A stretch of 32,000 bases of DNA from Kiritimatiella glycovorans. GTDB lineage: Bacteria; Verrucomicrobiota; Kiritimatiellia; Kiritimatiellales; Kiritimatiellaceae. The position numbers and the translations under genes are program-made. Location of the stretch: contig NZ_CP010904.1 in the NCBI RefSeq assembly GCF_001017655.1, forward strand, positions 1,410,001 to 1,442,000. Direction: 5' to 3'. Shown here piece by piece: positions 15,396 through 24,577 of the stretch. How positions within the stretch are numbered: the first letter of the stretch is position 1; the number at the start of each line of letters is the position of its first letter. The notes beneath the pieces are model-generated. The model did not search any database. It was not told the DNA's origin and was given only the letters and a program-made list of their open reading frames with translations.

Positions 15396-16769
15396 TTAGC
15401 GCATAATACGCCTACGCAGCACGAACAGCGCGCCGAAGGCCATGCTGATCAGACCGAGCGTGGCCGGTTCGGGAATCACCGTCAGCATGCCGTCCGATTC
15501 ATCGAACTCGTAGGTCACGCCGTTCGAAGCGTTCGTCCAGAGACCGCTGCCCGCGTCCGTAAACGAAGCGACCGAGAACGTATTGCTGATCTGAACCTGC
15601 TGGAAGCTATCGTAGTCAAAAAGCTCCCATTCGTCGCCGACCGTTGTTCCGGCACCCGTGAGATCGATCACGAACTCACCGGCCAGCACGAGCGCGGCGT
15701 CCGCGTCCGCGCTGTCGTAGATCGTGTTGTTCACGCCGTCGCCTTCGACGAGGAAAGACAGCGTCCCGGTTTCATCGAGTTTGAGCGTACCTTCATCGAC
15801 GACCGTATCGCCGGTGTAGGTGTTCGTACCCTGCAGAATCATGATGCCGGTCCCGAGCTTCTGCCAGTCGCCGTTCGCGCCGGACTGATCGACGAACCGC
15901 GCGGTCGAGGCCTGTCTCATCGTCAGACCCAGCGTATCGATGACCCGTGATCCGGCCCCGTCGCCCAGCGAGATGTCCAGCGTCGACCCCCCCTGCGTAC
16001 TTTCGATGACCGACTCCGCTGCGTTATCGACTTCGATTTCACCGCTGTTAAAGTTGAAGATCGCCGTACCATCCGTAAACTCGTCATTGCCGTCACGAAT
16101 GATGCCGAGACGCGCAATCAGCTTTCCCCCGTCCAGATTAAATTCAGTCGTACTGGCTTGGATATCGTTATCGCGCGGTGCAAGGTGCAACCTCTGCCCG
16201 GTACGCAGCGAGCTGCCGGTCTCAAGGGTCATTACACCGCCATAGGGCTGATTGTTCTGGCCGATGAATGTATTCAGGCTGTCAATATCCTGACCGTTGA
16301 CAAGCGTCCAGTACGCCGTATCGCCCCAGTTCGCCGCTCCACGAAGACCGACATAAAACAACTCCGAGGCATCTGCGGTAAAGACACTGTCTGCGTTCGC
16401 CTCGATGTTCTGCTCAATCTGCAGCGAACCGGCCTGTCCGTTTCCGTCGAGTACCCCGGTCGCGATCGTCAGACTGCCGCCCGTACGGATTTCCAGTCGG
16501 GTATTACCATTGTTGTTGTCCATCGTGAACGAATTGACCGTGCGCGCGTCATCAAGTCCCAGGTTTTTAGCCCCGCTCGTCGATATAATCTGCATCACCA
16601 CGTCGTCATCCGCGTCCGGAAGGCCGCCCGCCGCGTCGCCGCCCGTCCAATAATTCTGATTCGTCCAGTTCCCTACGTCGTTGTTCGTGTACGTCGCCGT
16701 CGCCGCCGAAACCGCGCCCGCCATCGCACCTGTAAGCACGAGAATGACAAACAATTTCACTGTCTTCAT
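15396..16769 (-). CDS. PEP-CTERM-anchored surface protein with autotransporter-associated beta-strand repeats
   Basis: Signal peptide MKTVKLFVILVLTGAMAGAVSA. PATR-like GTGIMILQGTNTYTGDTVVDEGTLKL. The C-terminus VIPEPATLGLISMAFGALFVLRRRIMR gives the PEP motif, a TM helix and a basic tail. SD AGGAGG. Confidence 0.9.
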   Translation of the reverse strand: MKTVKLFVILVLTGAMAGAVSAATATYTNNDVGNWTNQNYWTGGDAAGGLPDADDDVVMQIISTSGAKNLGLDDARTVNSFTMDNNNGNTRLEIRTGGSLTIATGVLDGNGQAGSLQIEQNIEANADSVFTADASELFYVGLRGAANWGDTAYWTLVNGQDIDSLNTFIGQNNQPYGGVMTLETGSSLRTGQRLHLAPRDNDIQASTTEFNLDGGKLIARLGIIRDGNDEFTDGTAIFNFNSGEIEVDNAAESVIESTQGGSTLDISLGDGAGSRVIDTLGLTMRQASTARFVDQSGANGDWQKLGTGIMILQGTNTYTGDTVVDEGTLKLDETGTLSFLVEGDGVNNTIYDSADADAALVLAGEFVIDLTGAGTTVGDEWELFDYDSFQQVQISNTFSVASFTDAGSGLWTNASNGVTYEFDESDGMLTVIPEPATLGLISMAFGALFVLRRRIMR

Positions 16770-16860
16770 GCGATTTCTCCTCCTGTTAGTTTCTCTTCCC
16801 CTGCATCCCCGTGGGTTGGGTCACACTTTCGCAACTCCCCACCTTCCTCGAACAGAGCGA

Positions 16861-16889
16861 AATTTATCGCAACGCTTCCTGAAGTTCAA
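16861..16889 (-). promoter_or_regulatory. Candidate sigma70-type promoter for the PEP-CTERM gene
   Basis: Minus-strand TTGAAC (16889-16884), a 17-nt spacer and TAAATT (16866-16861), in the 137-nt gap after the sulfatase stop. It would give a leader of roughly 80-90 nt. Pattern match only. Confidence 0.35.
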
Positions 16890-16906
16890 CTAAAATTAGT
16901 CGGTTT

Positions 16907-18655
16907 TTAATCGAGCGGATAGAACCTGATTTTCTCCAGCATCGGCGGTTCGCCGGTCTCTGCTCTATCTTCGGTCGAGACCGATACGTCAAGATCGCCC
17001 GCCACCAATTGAGTCGGGCCGAAGACCAGGGCGTCGTCGTCCCGCTTGCGCAGCGGGATCTCTTCGCCGGCGATCTCCAGTTGCCATCCGCGCCCGTGTG
17101 CGATGTGCTCGCCCAGGACCCGTATGTCGTAGCGCCCGGCGTGGTCGACGATCACATTGTAGGTCGCTTGGTCGCCGGGTGCGTCGAATCCCCTGACGCC
17201 AAAGAATCCCACCCCGCGCAGCCCGCCCTCGATCCGCTGCGCCATAGCGCCCCACACGGTGTTGTAGCCTGACTGCGGCCGACCAATCTTGACGATCGGC
17301 ATACGAAAGGCGCGGCCGGTGTCGATGATCTCCCCGTAGGTGCGTTCCAGCTCCGCGTCATACCGCGCGGCGATCTCCGGAAAACGCCCGCTCACGTCGG
17401 TCGTCTCGCCGGGGTCGACATCGATATCATAGAGGGCCGTCTCTCCGCCGGCGAAGTTGTGATATTTGAAGCGCGGGCCGCGCAGGGTGACATGCTGTTC
17501 AGCCATCGTGATTTGTCCGGGATCGTTGACGATCCCCTTGCGTCCGCCCGCGGAACCTTCGCCCGAAATCGCGATACGGAACACGGAACGCTCGATCTCT
17601 TCGGCCTCCGGGTTCTCGATGGCATCCCGGACGCTGATTCCGTCGAAGGACCGATGCTCCGGATACTCGGCTTCATCGATCCCCGTCATGTCGAGCAGTG
17701 TGGGGAGGATATCCTCCACGGTGACGAACTGCGGGCGTTCGCCGGGCGGCACGTGACCCGGCCAGCGGACCATCAACGGCACGCGAATGCCGTTGTCCCA
17801 CGCCGTAGCCTTGCTGCCGCGCAGGCCCAGCGGATTGCGGTTCGCGATATCTTCGTCCGTCATGTTCTTATAGGACGGACCGTTGTCGCTCATGAAGAGA
17901 ACGATCGTATCGTCGGCATGGCCCAGCTCCTCGAGCCCGCGCAGCAGCCGCCCGATGGCGTCGTCGAGCTGCGTGACGCATCCGTACACGGCCGCGAGGC
18001 GCTCGGAACACCCCGCGTCGCGGTACGGCTGCGCGAACTCCTCCGCAGGCTCCCACGGCAGGTGCGGCAGGATAAACGCCGTGGTGCACCACCACGGACC
18101 GTCGCCCTTGCGGCGGATGTAATCGAGCGAGGTGTCGACATCCACATCACAGGTCCACCCGACTCGCGGGACCATGCCGGTGTGGGTGATGCTGGTCGCG
18201 TCCTTGTGCACGTATCCGGTGACGTGCGAGGCCTCGTCGCAGCCGCGCTCCCAGGCCTCCATTTCGAGAAGATAAATCCCGTCGCGTTTCCCGAAGTAGC
18301 CCGTGCCGTATCCCGCCGCTTTGAAAAACTCGGGCATCAGGGTCTCATCGCGCATCAGGTTATTTCGAGGCCCGACGCCCCAGACGCCGGCTTTCATATG
18401 ATTGCGGCCCGTCATCAGTGACGCACGCGTCGGCGAACAGGCCGGGGCGACGATGAAGTTCGTGAATAGGGCCGACTGTTCCGCGAGCCGGTCCAGGTTC
18501 GGCGTCCTGACCGTGTCATTGCCCATGAACCCGAAGTCGCCGATCCCCTGGTCGTCGCTGATAATCAGCAGCACATTCGGGTGTTCCCGTTCTGCCGCGC
18601 GACCGAAAACCGAGGCGGTGAAGAGCAGGAGCGAGAGAAGACAGGATTTTTTCAT
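16907..18655 (-). CDS. Secreted Cys-type sulfatase (arylsulfatase-A-like core) with C-terminal CBM-like beta-sandwich; tandem paralogue 1
   Basis: MKKSCLLSLLLFTASVFGRAA signal peptide. PNVLLIISDDQG and APACSPTRASLMTG (Cys codon 18439-18437). The C-terminal ~120 aa (GDQATYNVIVDHAGRYDIRV...) resemble CBM6/35-type modules. Confidence 0.9.
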   Translation of the reverse strand: MKKSCLLSLLLFTASVFGRAAEREHPNVLLIISDDQGIGDFGFMGNDTVRTPNLDRLAEQSALFTNFIVAPACSPTRASLMTGRNHMKAGVWGVGPRNNLMRDETLMPEFFKAAGYGTGYFGKRDGIYLLEMEAWERGCDEASHVTGYVHKDATSITHTGMVPRVGWTCDVDVDTSLDYIRRKGDGPWWCTTAFILPHLPWEPAEEFAQPYRDAGCSERLAAVYGCVTQLDDAIGRLLRGLEELGHADDTIVLFMSDNGPSYKNMTDEDIANRNPLGLRGSKATAWDNGIRVPLMVRWPGHVPPGERPQFVTVEDILPTLLDMTGIDEAEYPEHRSFDGISVRDAIENPEAEEIERSVFRIAISGEGSAGGRKGIVNDPGQITMAEQHVTLRGPRFKYHNFAGGETALYDIDVDPGETTDVSGRFPEIAARYDAELERTYGEIIDTGRAFRMPIVKIGRPQSGYNTVWGAMAQRIEGGLRGVGFFGVRGFDAPGDQATYNVIVDHAGRYDIRVLGEHIAHGRGWQLEIAGEEIPLRKRDDDALVFGPTQLVAGDLDVSVSTEDRAETGEPPMLEKIRFYPLD

Positions 18656-18716
18656 GGCGGTTCCTTTTTGTATCGTGGCCGTTTTTTGCGGTCGGCCCGA
18701 AGGGGGGCGATTTTTC

Positions 18717-20471
18717 TTACCGTGGCGGGGCGAGGTAGATCTTCTGCACCAGGGGCGGATCGCGCTGTTCGCCGCTTCCTTCTACCGTCAGAGTCATCGT
18801 CTGCCGGCCTTCGCCCAAAGTGAACGGGGGAAAGGTCACTTTCTGCGGAGTCGTCGTCTCCGGCCGCACCTCCGTGTCGCCGAATCGAAGCATCCATCCC
18901 CCGCCATGGTCGAGTTGCTTTCCGTCCATCGTGGCGGTGTACTCGCCGCCGCGCACCACCTCAATCGCGTACTCCGCGCGATCTCCGGGCTGGGCGAAGC
19001 CCTTGAGGTAGTGAAAGCCGACGCCTTTCAGGTCTCCGTAGATCTTCTGCGCCATCACCGAGTTAAGCTTATTGTACCCCGGCCGGTAGCGGCCCACCTT
19101 CAGCCACGGCATCCGGTAGGCGCGGCCGGTATCGAGGATCGCTTCGTACTTGTCCTCGAGTTCCGCGGCGTACCGCGCCGCGATTTCCGGGAATTCGTCA
19201 CTCACGTCGACCGTCTCGCCGGGGTCGGCATCGAGGTCAAAAAGTTCCGAAGACCCGTCCGCGTAGTTGTGATATTTGAAACGCGGGCCGCGCAGCGTCA
19301 CGTGCTGTTCACGCATCGAAACTTCGTCGGGATGGTTGACCACCGCCCGGGCGCCGCCGGCGGCGCCTTCGCCCGAGATGGCCACGCGAAACACGGTCCG
19401 CTCGATCTCCGCCGAATCGGGATCCTGCAGGGCGGAGCGCAGACTGACGCCATCCCACGGGTGATGTTCCGGGAACTTCGCCGGATCCAGCCCCGTCAGG
19501 TCCGCCAGCGTCGGCAGGATATCCTCGACCGAGGCAAACTGGGGCCGCGGGCCGGGCTCGATCGTTCCGGGCCAGCGGACCAGCAGCGGCACACGGATCC
19601 CGTTGTCCCACGCCGTGGCCTTGGTTCCGCGAAGTTCGAGTGAATTGCGGCTCTCGATCTCCTCTTCCGTCATGTCCTTGTAGGAGGGCCCGTTATCACT
19701 CAGAAAAACGATGATCGTATCCTCGATGTGTCCCATTTTCTCCAGCTCGCGCAGCAGGTGACCGGTCGCGTCGTCCATCTGCGTAATGCTCCCGTAGACG
19801 GCGGCGAGACGCTCGGAGCAACCCTGTTTGCGGTAGTATTCGGCATAGGTCTCCGGCGGTTCCCACGGCAGATGCGGGATGATGTAAGCCACCGTGCACC
19901 ACCACGGCTGATCGCCCTGGCGGCGAATGTAATCCAGGGCGAAATCGACATTGATATCACACGTCCAGCCCTCGCGTTCGATCACGCCCTCCGGCGTGAT
20001 CATACGAGGGTCGAGATGATCGTAGCCCCAGGGATACTCCGCCTCGTCGCAGCCGCGATCCCAGGGCTTCAGCTCGAGCAGTCCCACGCCGTCGCCCTTT
20101 CCGAAATAGCCGGTGCCGTAGCCGTTGGATTTAAAATACTGCGGCATGAGGATCTCGTCGCGCATGAGATTATTGCGCGGCCCGACGCCCCAGACGCCGG
20201 CCTTCATATGATTGCGGCCGGTCATCAGCGAGCTGCGCGTCGGCGAACAGGCCGGGGCGACGACGAAATTGGTGAAGTGCGCGGACTGTTCCGCGAGCCG
20301 GTCGAGATTCGGCGTCTTCACCGTGTCGTTGCCCATGAACCCGAAATCGCCAATCCCCTGATCGTCGGTAACGATCAACAGGACATTCGGACGGTCTTTC
20401 GCCGCGCGGGCCGTCTGAAGGACTCCGCACAGGACAAGCAACAGAAGAGATTTCAGCACTGTTTTCGCCAT
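18717..20471 (-). CDS. Secreted Cys-type sulfatase with C-terminal CBM-like domain; tandem paralogue 2
   Basis: Trimmed to ATG 20471 (MAKTVLKSLLLLVLCGVLQTARAA signal peptide, GGGAGA upstream). PNVLLIVTDDQG and APACSPTRSSLMTG (Cys codon 20249-20247). Roughly two-thirds identical by eye to 16907-18655. Confidence 0.9.
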   Translation of the reverse strand: MAKTVLKSLLLLVLCGVLQTARAAKDRPNVLLIVTDDQGIGDFGFMGNDTVKTPNLDRLAEQSAHFTNFVVAPACSPTRSSLMTGRNHMKAGVWGVGPRNNLMRDEILMPQYFKSNGYGTGYFGKGDGVGLLELKPWDRGCDEAEYPWGYDHLDPRMITPEGVIEREGWTCDINVDFALDYIRRQGDQPWWCTVAYIIPHLPWEPPETYAEYYRKQGCSERLAAVYGSITQMDDATGHLLRELEKMGHIEDTIIVFLSDNGPSYKDMTEEEIESRNSLELRGTKATAWDNGIRVPLLVRWPGTIEPGPRPQFASVEDILPTLADLTGLDPAKFPEHHPWDGVSLRSALQDPDSAEIERTVFRVAISGEGAAGGARAVVNHPDEVSMREQHVTLRGPRFKYHNYADGSSELFDLDADPGETVDVSDEFPEIAARYAAELEDKYEAILDTGRAYRMPWLKVGRYRPGYNKLNSVMAQKIYGDLKGVGFHYLKGFAQPGDRAEYAIEVVRGGEYTATMDGKQLDHGGGWMLRFGDTEVRPETTTPQKVTFPPFTLGEGRQTMTLTVEGSGEQRDPPLVQKIYLAPPR

Positions 20472-20505
20472 TACAACATTCTCCCTGTTTGTTCGATGTG
20501 CCGAT

Positions 20506-21341
20506 TCATCGCAACCCCGGCGCCCAGTCACTGTTCGGATCACCGATAAAAAGCTGTCGCCGGCCCTCCAGCGACTGGATGCGCGGATCGGTATAGTGAA
20601 GCGCCTCCACAGGTCCGTCGAAAAAGAGCGCGTTCGCATGGCAGTCCGTCATGTTTCGCATCGATCCTTCGGGGCGGGGGTGACGAAATCATAAAAAGCC
20701 GTACCCGTCGTAGTCGTCCATGTTCGGCATCGGCCCTCCGCGAATAAAATTATACCAGACCGGCGCCAGCCGGAAGTCCCCGAGGTAGTCGCCCGCTGCG
20801 CTCCGCAAACTGTTTCCCGAATCCGCCATCACCACGGTTTCTCCGGGCCGGGGAATGGCAAGCAGGCGTTTTCTCTGCACATGGTACGATCCGTCGGACA
20901 GTTGCCGTACTGCACCAGGCCGTAATTCATACCGTAATCGGGATTGACCCAGTGCCAGTGGGAAAGGCCCTTGCCGTGATCCCGCCCGTCCCGCGCGGTC
21001 AGAGGACAGTAGAAGTATTTGCTTCGCCCATAGCGTGTGTCGACGTAGCCCGCCTCCCAGAAAGCTTCAAACCAGGTGGGCATATCGGGATCGTTCTGTT
21101 TCCAGGCGGGCATATACCCGTCATGATCGGTGACATACATTAGAAACATTTCGCCCAGGTGACTCAGGTGCGAGGTACACTGGGTCGCCAGCGCGCGATT
21201 GTGGGCCTTGCCGATCATCGGCACGAGGATCGTCATCAGGATGCCGATCACCGCGATCACGACCAGCAGTTCGATCAGGGTGAACGCTTTCAGGGTTCTC
21301 TTTTCCCCGAACGACTCCGACTGCACACATCCTTCCATCAT
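20506..21341 (-). pseudogene. Prepilin-type N-terminal cleavage/methylation protein of the DUF1559 / H-X9-DG class, disrupted by one frameshift and one in-frame TGA
   Basis: Piece 1 (21341 to ~20900) reads MMEGCVQSESFGEKRTLKAFTLIELLVVIAVIGILMTILVP ... DYGMNYGLVQYG. Piece 2, shifted by one base (track ORF 20689..20880), reads ..RKRLLAIPRPGETVVMADSGN.. Piece 3 is in the same frame as piece 2 but follows TGA 20691-20689; it reads FRHPRPEGSMRNMTDCHANALFFDGPVEAL...* and ends at 20506. Together these give the normal domain order of this family, about 278 codons. Confidence 0.75.
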
Positions 21342-23059
21342 CGCTCCATCCAGATCACCCGCACCTCTGGCGGGGCAAGGTTCAATGCAAGAGTATACCC
21401 CTCGAGGGTACGCCGGATCGACCCCGCCTCCCCCTCCAGCGGCTGGAGGGTCAGCGAATCGATCCACTGCTGATGATACGTCTCCAGCTTATCGCCGACG
21501 AGTCCCTCCGCCGGACGACCCTTCCCCATCTCGCGCACCCCGCCCAGCCGGTCGGGGCGTTCGACGAAGCGGTCCACCAGCAGCCCGGCGGCGGCGAGAT
21601 CGTCGCGAATGCGATCGTGCACGGCCGTCTCGCGGTCCAGTACGACCGTGGATCGCCTCATCCCGCGCAGGTCGGCGACTTCGGCGGGGACCTGAAACAC
21701 GACCTCCTCCATCTCATCGACATCGGTCTTCCGGTTGTACGCGGCAAACACGAACAACGCCCAGTCGTCCCCCACACTCAAAAAGCCCAGGTGATCAGTC
21801 CGGTGCATCGAAGAGAACAGCGGCTCGAGCAGATAGGACTCGCCGCCGACCCCGCGTTCGAGGACGGAGAGCAGCCAGGCGTGGCCTGTGAACAGGTGCT
21901 TCATCCGGGCGCGCCGGTCCCGAAAGCGATCGGCCATCTCCCAGTGAAAGAGGCGGTCGATGCCCGCCTCGCGCAGGCGAAGCGTCATCTGGGCGGTGAG
22001 CGCCGCCCCGAGGGCACCGTACTCTTCGCTGACAAACGCCCCGCGCCGTTCTTCACCGAAGGGCGCCACATCAAATTCGTGAATCTCGCGCGAGAATTCG
22101 AGCGAAGGGAATCTCCGCTCGAATTCCTCCCAGATCTGATAACACCCCCGGGCGCTGGCATGCACGTCCGTATCCGGCGAGTAGTAGCGCGAAAAGGCCA
22201 CCCAGTCGAACGGCGTCCCGCGCGCACCGTTGAAGGTGTTCGGCTCCGTCCGGCAATGTTCGGCGAGGGCGAGGGCATTCACGTTCTGCTTCGGGAAATG
22301 ACGCAGATTGGCGCCGGAGATATTGTACGGCCCGAAATCCGCGCCGGGGAGGACGGTCTTCACCGCGACCGCCGCGGCGTCGTAGTGCCGCACAAATTCT
22401 TCATGCGTCCCGCCGAAGCGCTCGAGCCCGTTGTTCTCAGTCCCGACGCGGAATCGGAGCTGATTGGCCTTTTCAGCACCGAGGATGCGTTCCAGTTCCC
22501 GGCAGAATACGACGATGAAGTCGTGCCATTCCTTCGGATCCCGAGGGGGCTCGTACTGACCCAGCCCCACCGCATTCGGATCTTCGGGAAAACACCACGG
22601 CACGTTATCGAGCACGATTGTGAAGCTCGAGTAGCCGCAGTCGAGATACGGGCGCAGACGCGGCTCGAGCAGCTCCATGCGGTAGCGGATATCCCCCCGC
22701 TCGTCGCGCCGGGCCAGATCGCGTGCACGAACGGCGGGATCGCCCTCGCCCTCTTCGCTGCCGTCGTTGAAGCCGCCCAGAATGCGCACCATGCTCAGGT
22801 GATCCGCGAAGGGCACTTCGCGCGGATAGGGTTTTTTCGCATACGGGAAATCGCTCTTCAGGACGTAATCGGGAATCTCGATCAGGGCCTGCCCCACCTC
22901 ATGGAACGGGCCGAGCGCCGGGCTGTAGCGCCAGAAGGCGTCCAGCTCGCCGAGCGGCTTGCAGAGCGGGGCGGCGGACGAGGCCGTCGCGAAAGCCCCC
23001 ATCATCAGCAGCGCCGCCGTACGCCGGACGCCTACCGTATTCCGATTCATCCGCAACAT
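21338..23059 (-). CDS. Secreted putative glycoside hydrolase, unclassified TIM-barrel-like family (paralogue A)
   Basis: 573 aa with signal peptide MLRMNRNTVGVRRTAALLMMGAFATASSAAP. Conserved blocks shared with 28722-30572 and 30632->32000: IPDYVLKSDFPYAKKPYPREVPFADHLSMVRILGG, LDNVPWCF, PPRDPKEWHDF, LRFRVGTENNG (Glu codon 22438-22436), REIHEFD (Glu codon 22078-22076) and C-terminal DSLTLQPLEG. Confidence 0.7.
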   Translation of the reverse strand: MLRMNRNTVGVRRTAALLMMGAFATASSAAPLCKPLGELDAFWRYSPALGPFHEVGQALIEIPDYVLKSDFPYAKKPYPREVPFADHLSMVRILGGFNDGSEEGEGDPAVRARDLARRDERGDIRYRMELLEPRLRPYLDCGYSSFTIVLDNVPWCFPEDPNAVGLGQYEPPRDPKEWHDFIVVFCRELERILGAEKANQLRFRVGTENNGLERFGGTHEEFVRHYDAAAVAVKTVLPGADFGPYNISGANLRHFPKQNVNALALAEHCRTEPNTFNGARGTPFDWVAFSRYYSPDTDVHASARGCYQIWEEFERRFPSLEFSREIHEFDVAPFGEERRGAFVSEEYGALGAALTAQMTLRLREAGIDRLFHWEMADRFRDRRARMKHLFTGHAWLLSVLERGVGGESYLLEPLFSSMHRTDHLGFLSVGDDWALFVFAAYNRKTDVDEMEEVVFQVPAEVADLRGMRRSTVVLDRETAVHDRIRDDLAAAGLLVDRFVERPDRLGGVREMGKGRPAEGLVGDKLETYHQQWIDSLTLQPLEGEAGSIRRTLEGYTLALNLAPPEVRVIWMER

Positions 23060-23074
23060 CCTTGGCTCACAGGG

Positions 23075-24577
23075 TTACTCCAGAGGAGGGACCTTCGGCC
23101 CCATGTTGAACAGCAGGTCGGAGTTATCCTCCGGCACGTCATAGCGTCTCCGCAGTTCGACCAGTTTACGCGTGAGACGCTGGATGAGTTCCGGCGACGC
23201 CTCCTCGTAAAGGTTATGCATCTCGTCGGGGTCTTCCTGCAGATCGTACAGTTCCCAGTACTCCTTGCGCGGCGCGCTTCGGGGGTGCATGAAGCGGATT
23301 AATTTATAGCGGTCCGTGCGCACCCCCTCGTGGGGCGTATGACCCCAGCCCGGGTGATAGTACCGGTAGTAGACTGCTTCCCGCCAGGTCCCGCCGTCGA
23401 CCGAGGCATCGACCAGCGGGCGCAGGCTCCGACCCTGCATATCCGCCGGACACTCCACTTCGGCGAAATCGAGCACGGTCGGAGCAAAGTCGATGTTCAT
23501 GGCGAGATCGTCGACCACCGACCCCGGCTGGATTACGCCGGGATAGCGCATCAGCAGTGGGGTGCCGAAGGATTGCTCGTACATGAGGTGTTTGCTGTAG
23601 AACCCGTGTTCGCCGAGGAAATACCCCTGATCGGACGTGAAGATCACGAGTGTGTTTTCGCCCAGCCCCGACTCGTCCAGGTAGTCGAGGAGACGGCCCA
23701 TCTGATCGTCGATCGATGCAACCGTGCGCAGGTAGTCTTTGACGTAACGCTGATAGATCCATCCGCGCATCCGGGCCTTGTTCAGCCCTTCGGGAAGGAT
23801 GCGCTCCGGCCCGCCGTGGCGAGCGGCCCAGCCTTTCTCGTACTTCCAGATCCCCTCGGGGTCGAGGGTCGTCTCCACATGTTCCAAGGGAGGCGTACGA
23901 TGCGAAAGATCCTCATTCAGCGTCCCGGGTTCCGGAAGCCTACGCCCTTCAAACAGCCCGGCGTACTGCTGCTCGTACTCCCATTGCGAATGCGGCGCCT
24001 TGTGTCCGATCTGCAGATAGAACGGCTTGCCCGGATCGCGACCGTTCCGCATCCATTCGATCGCATCCTCAGTAACGACCCGGGTCACATAGCCCGACCG
24101 CCGGATTTTGCCGGCGGGGGTCAGAAATTGGGGATTGGAATACGCCCCCTGCCCCGGCAGCACCTGCCAATGATCGAAGCCGGTCGGCTCCGTATGCAGG
24201 TGCCACTTGCCGATCATGGCCGTCTGGTATCCGGCCCTGCGCAGGTATTTCGGCAGCGTCGGCTGCGAACCGTCAAAATCCGCCCAGTTATCCGGCACGC
24301 CGTTCAGATGCGCATACTTGCCGGTCAGGATCGCCGCGCGGCTGGGCGAGCAGAGACTGTCGGTGACGAAACAGTGATCGAAGCGCGCGCCCTGCTCCGC
24401 CATCCGGTCGAGCCGGGGCGTGTCCAGCAGGGCGTCGCCGTAGCAGCCCATCGCCTTGTGCGCGAGATCGTCGCAGATCACCAGGATCACATTCGGACGC
24501 GGGCGCTCGGCCGACATGCCCGCGCCGCGTCCTATCAGAACGAACGACATAAGGACGGATACGAAAACCTCTCTCAT
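23075..24577 (-). CDS. Secreted Cys-type sulfatase, N-acetylglucosamine-6-sulfatase-like, with DUF4976-like C-terminus
   Basis: Trimmed to ATG 24577 (MREVFVSVLMSFVLIGRGAG). PNVILVICDDL and SLCSPSRAAILTGKYAHLNG (Cys codon 24352-24350). The C-terminal ELYDLQEDPDEMHNLY block is typical of these sulfatases. The start overlaps the upstream stop by 1 nt (TGATG). Confidence 0.9.
   Translation of the reverse strand: MREVFVSVLMSFVLIGRGAGMSAERPRPNVILVICDDLAHKAMGCYGDALLDTPRLDRMAEQGARFDHCFVTDSLCSPSRAAILTGKYAHLNGVPDNWADFDGSQPTLPKYLRRAGYQTAMIGKWHLHTEPTGFDHWQVLPGQGAYSNPQFLTPAGKIRRSGYVTRVVTEDAIEWMRNGRDPGKPFYLQIGHKAPHSQWEYEQQYAGLFEGRRLPEPGTLNEDLSHRTPPLEHVETTLDPEGIWKYEKGWAARHGGPERILPEGLNKARMRGWIYQRYVKDYLRTVASIDDQMGRLLDYLDESGLGENTLVIFTSDQGYFLGEHGFYSKHLMYEQSFGTPLLMRYPGVIQPGSVVDDLAMNIDFAPTVLDFAEVECPADMQGRSLRPLVDASVDGGTWREAVYYRYYHPGWGHTPHEGVRTDRYKLIRFMHPRSAPRKEYWELYDLQEDPDEMHNLYEEASPELIQRLTRKLVELRRRYDVPEDNSDLLFNMGPKVPPLE

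Noticed and set aside
20689-20691. In-frame TGA in the pseudopilin gene as selenocysteine or an alternative genetic code
   Set aside because: TGA clearly terminates many well-supported genes in this window (for example 3164-3166, 6441-6443, 24577-24579). I see no SECIS-like hairpin immediately downstream, and the gene also carries an independent frameshift. A pseudogene or a sequence error is more parsimonious.
20689-20880. 63-aa ORF as an independent small gene
   Set aside because: Its sequence (RKRLLAIPRPGETVVMADSGN...) is the conserved middle portion of DUF1559 pseudopilins and continues the upstream ORF after a one-base shift. It is a fragment of the disrupted gene 20506-21341.
22990-23059. 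Twin-arginine (Tat) signal in paralogue A (GVRRTAALLMM)
   Set aside because: An RR pair precedes the hydrophobic core, but the flanking residues fit the S/T-R-R-x-F-L-K consensus poorly. This cannot be decided by eye, so I report it simply as a signal peptide.
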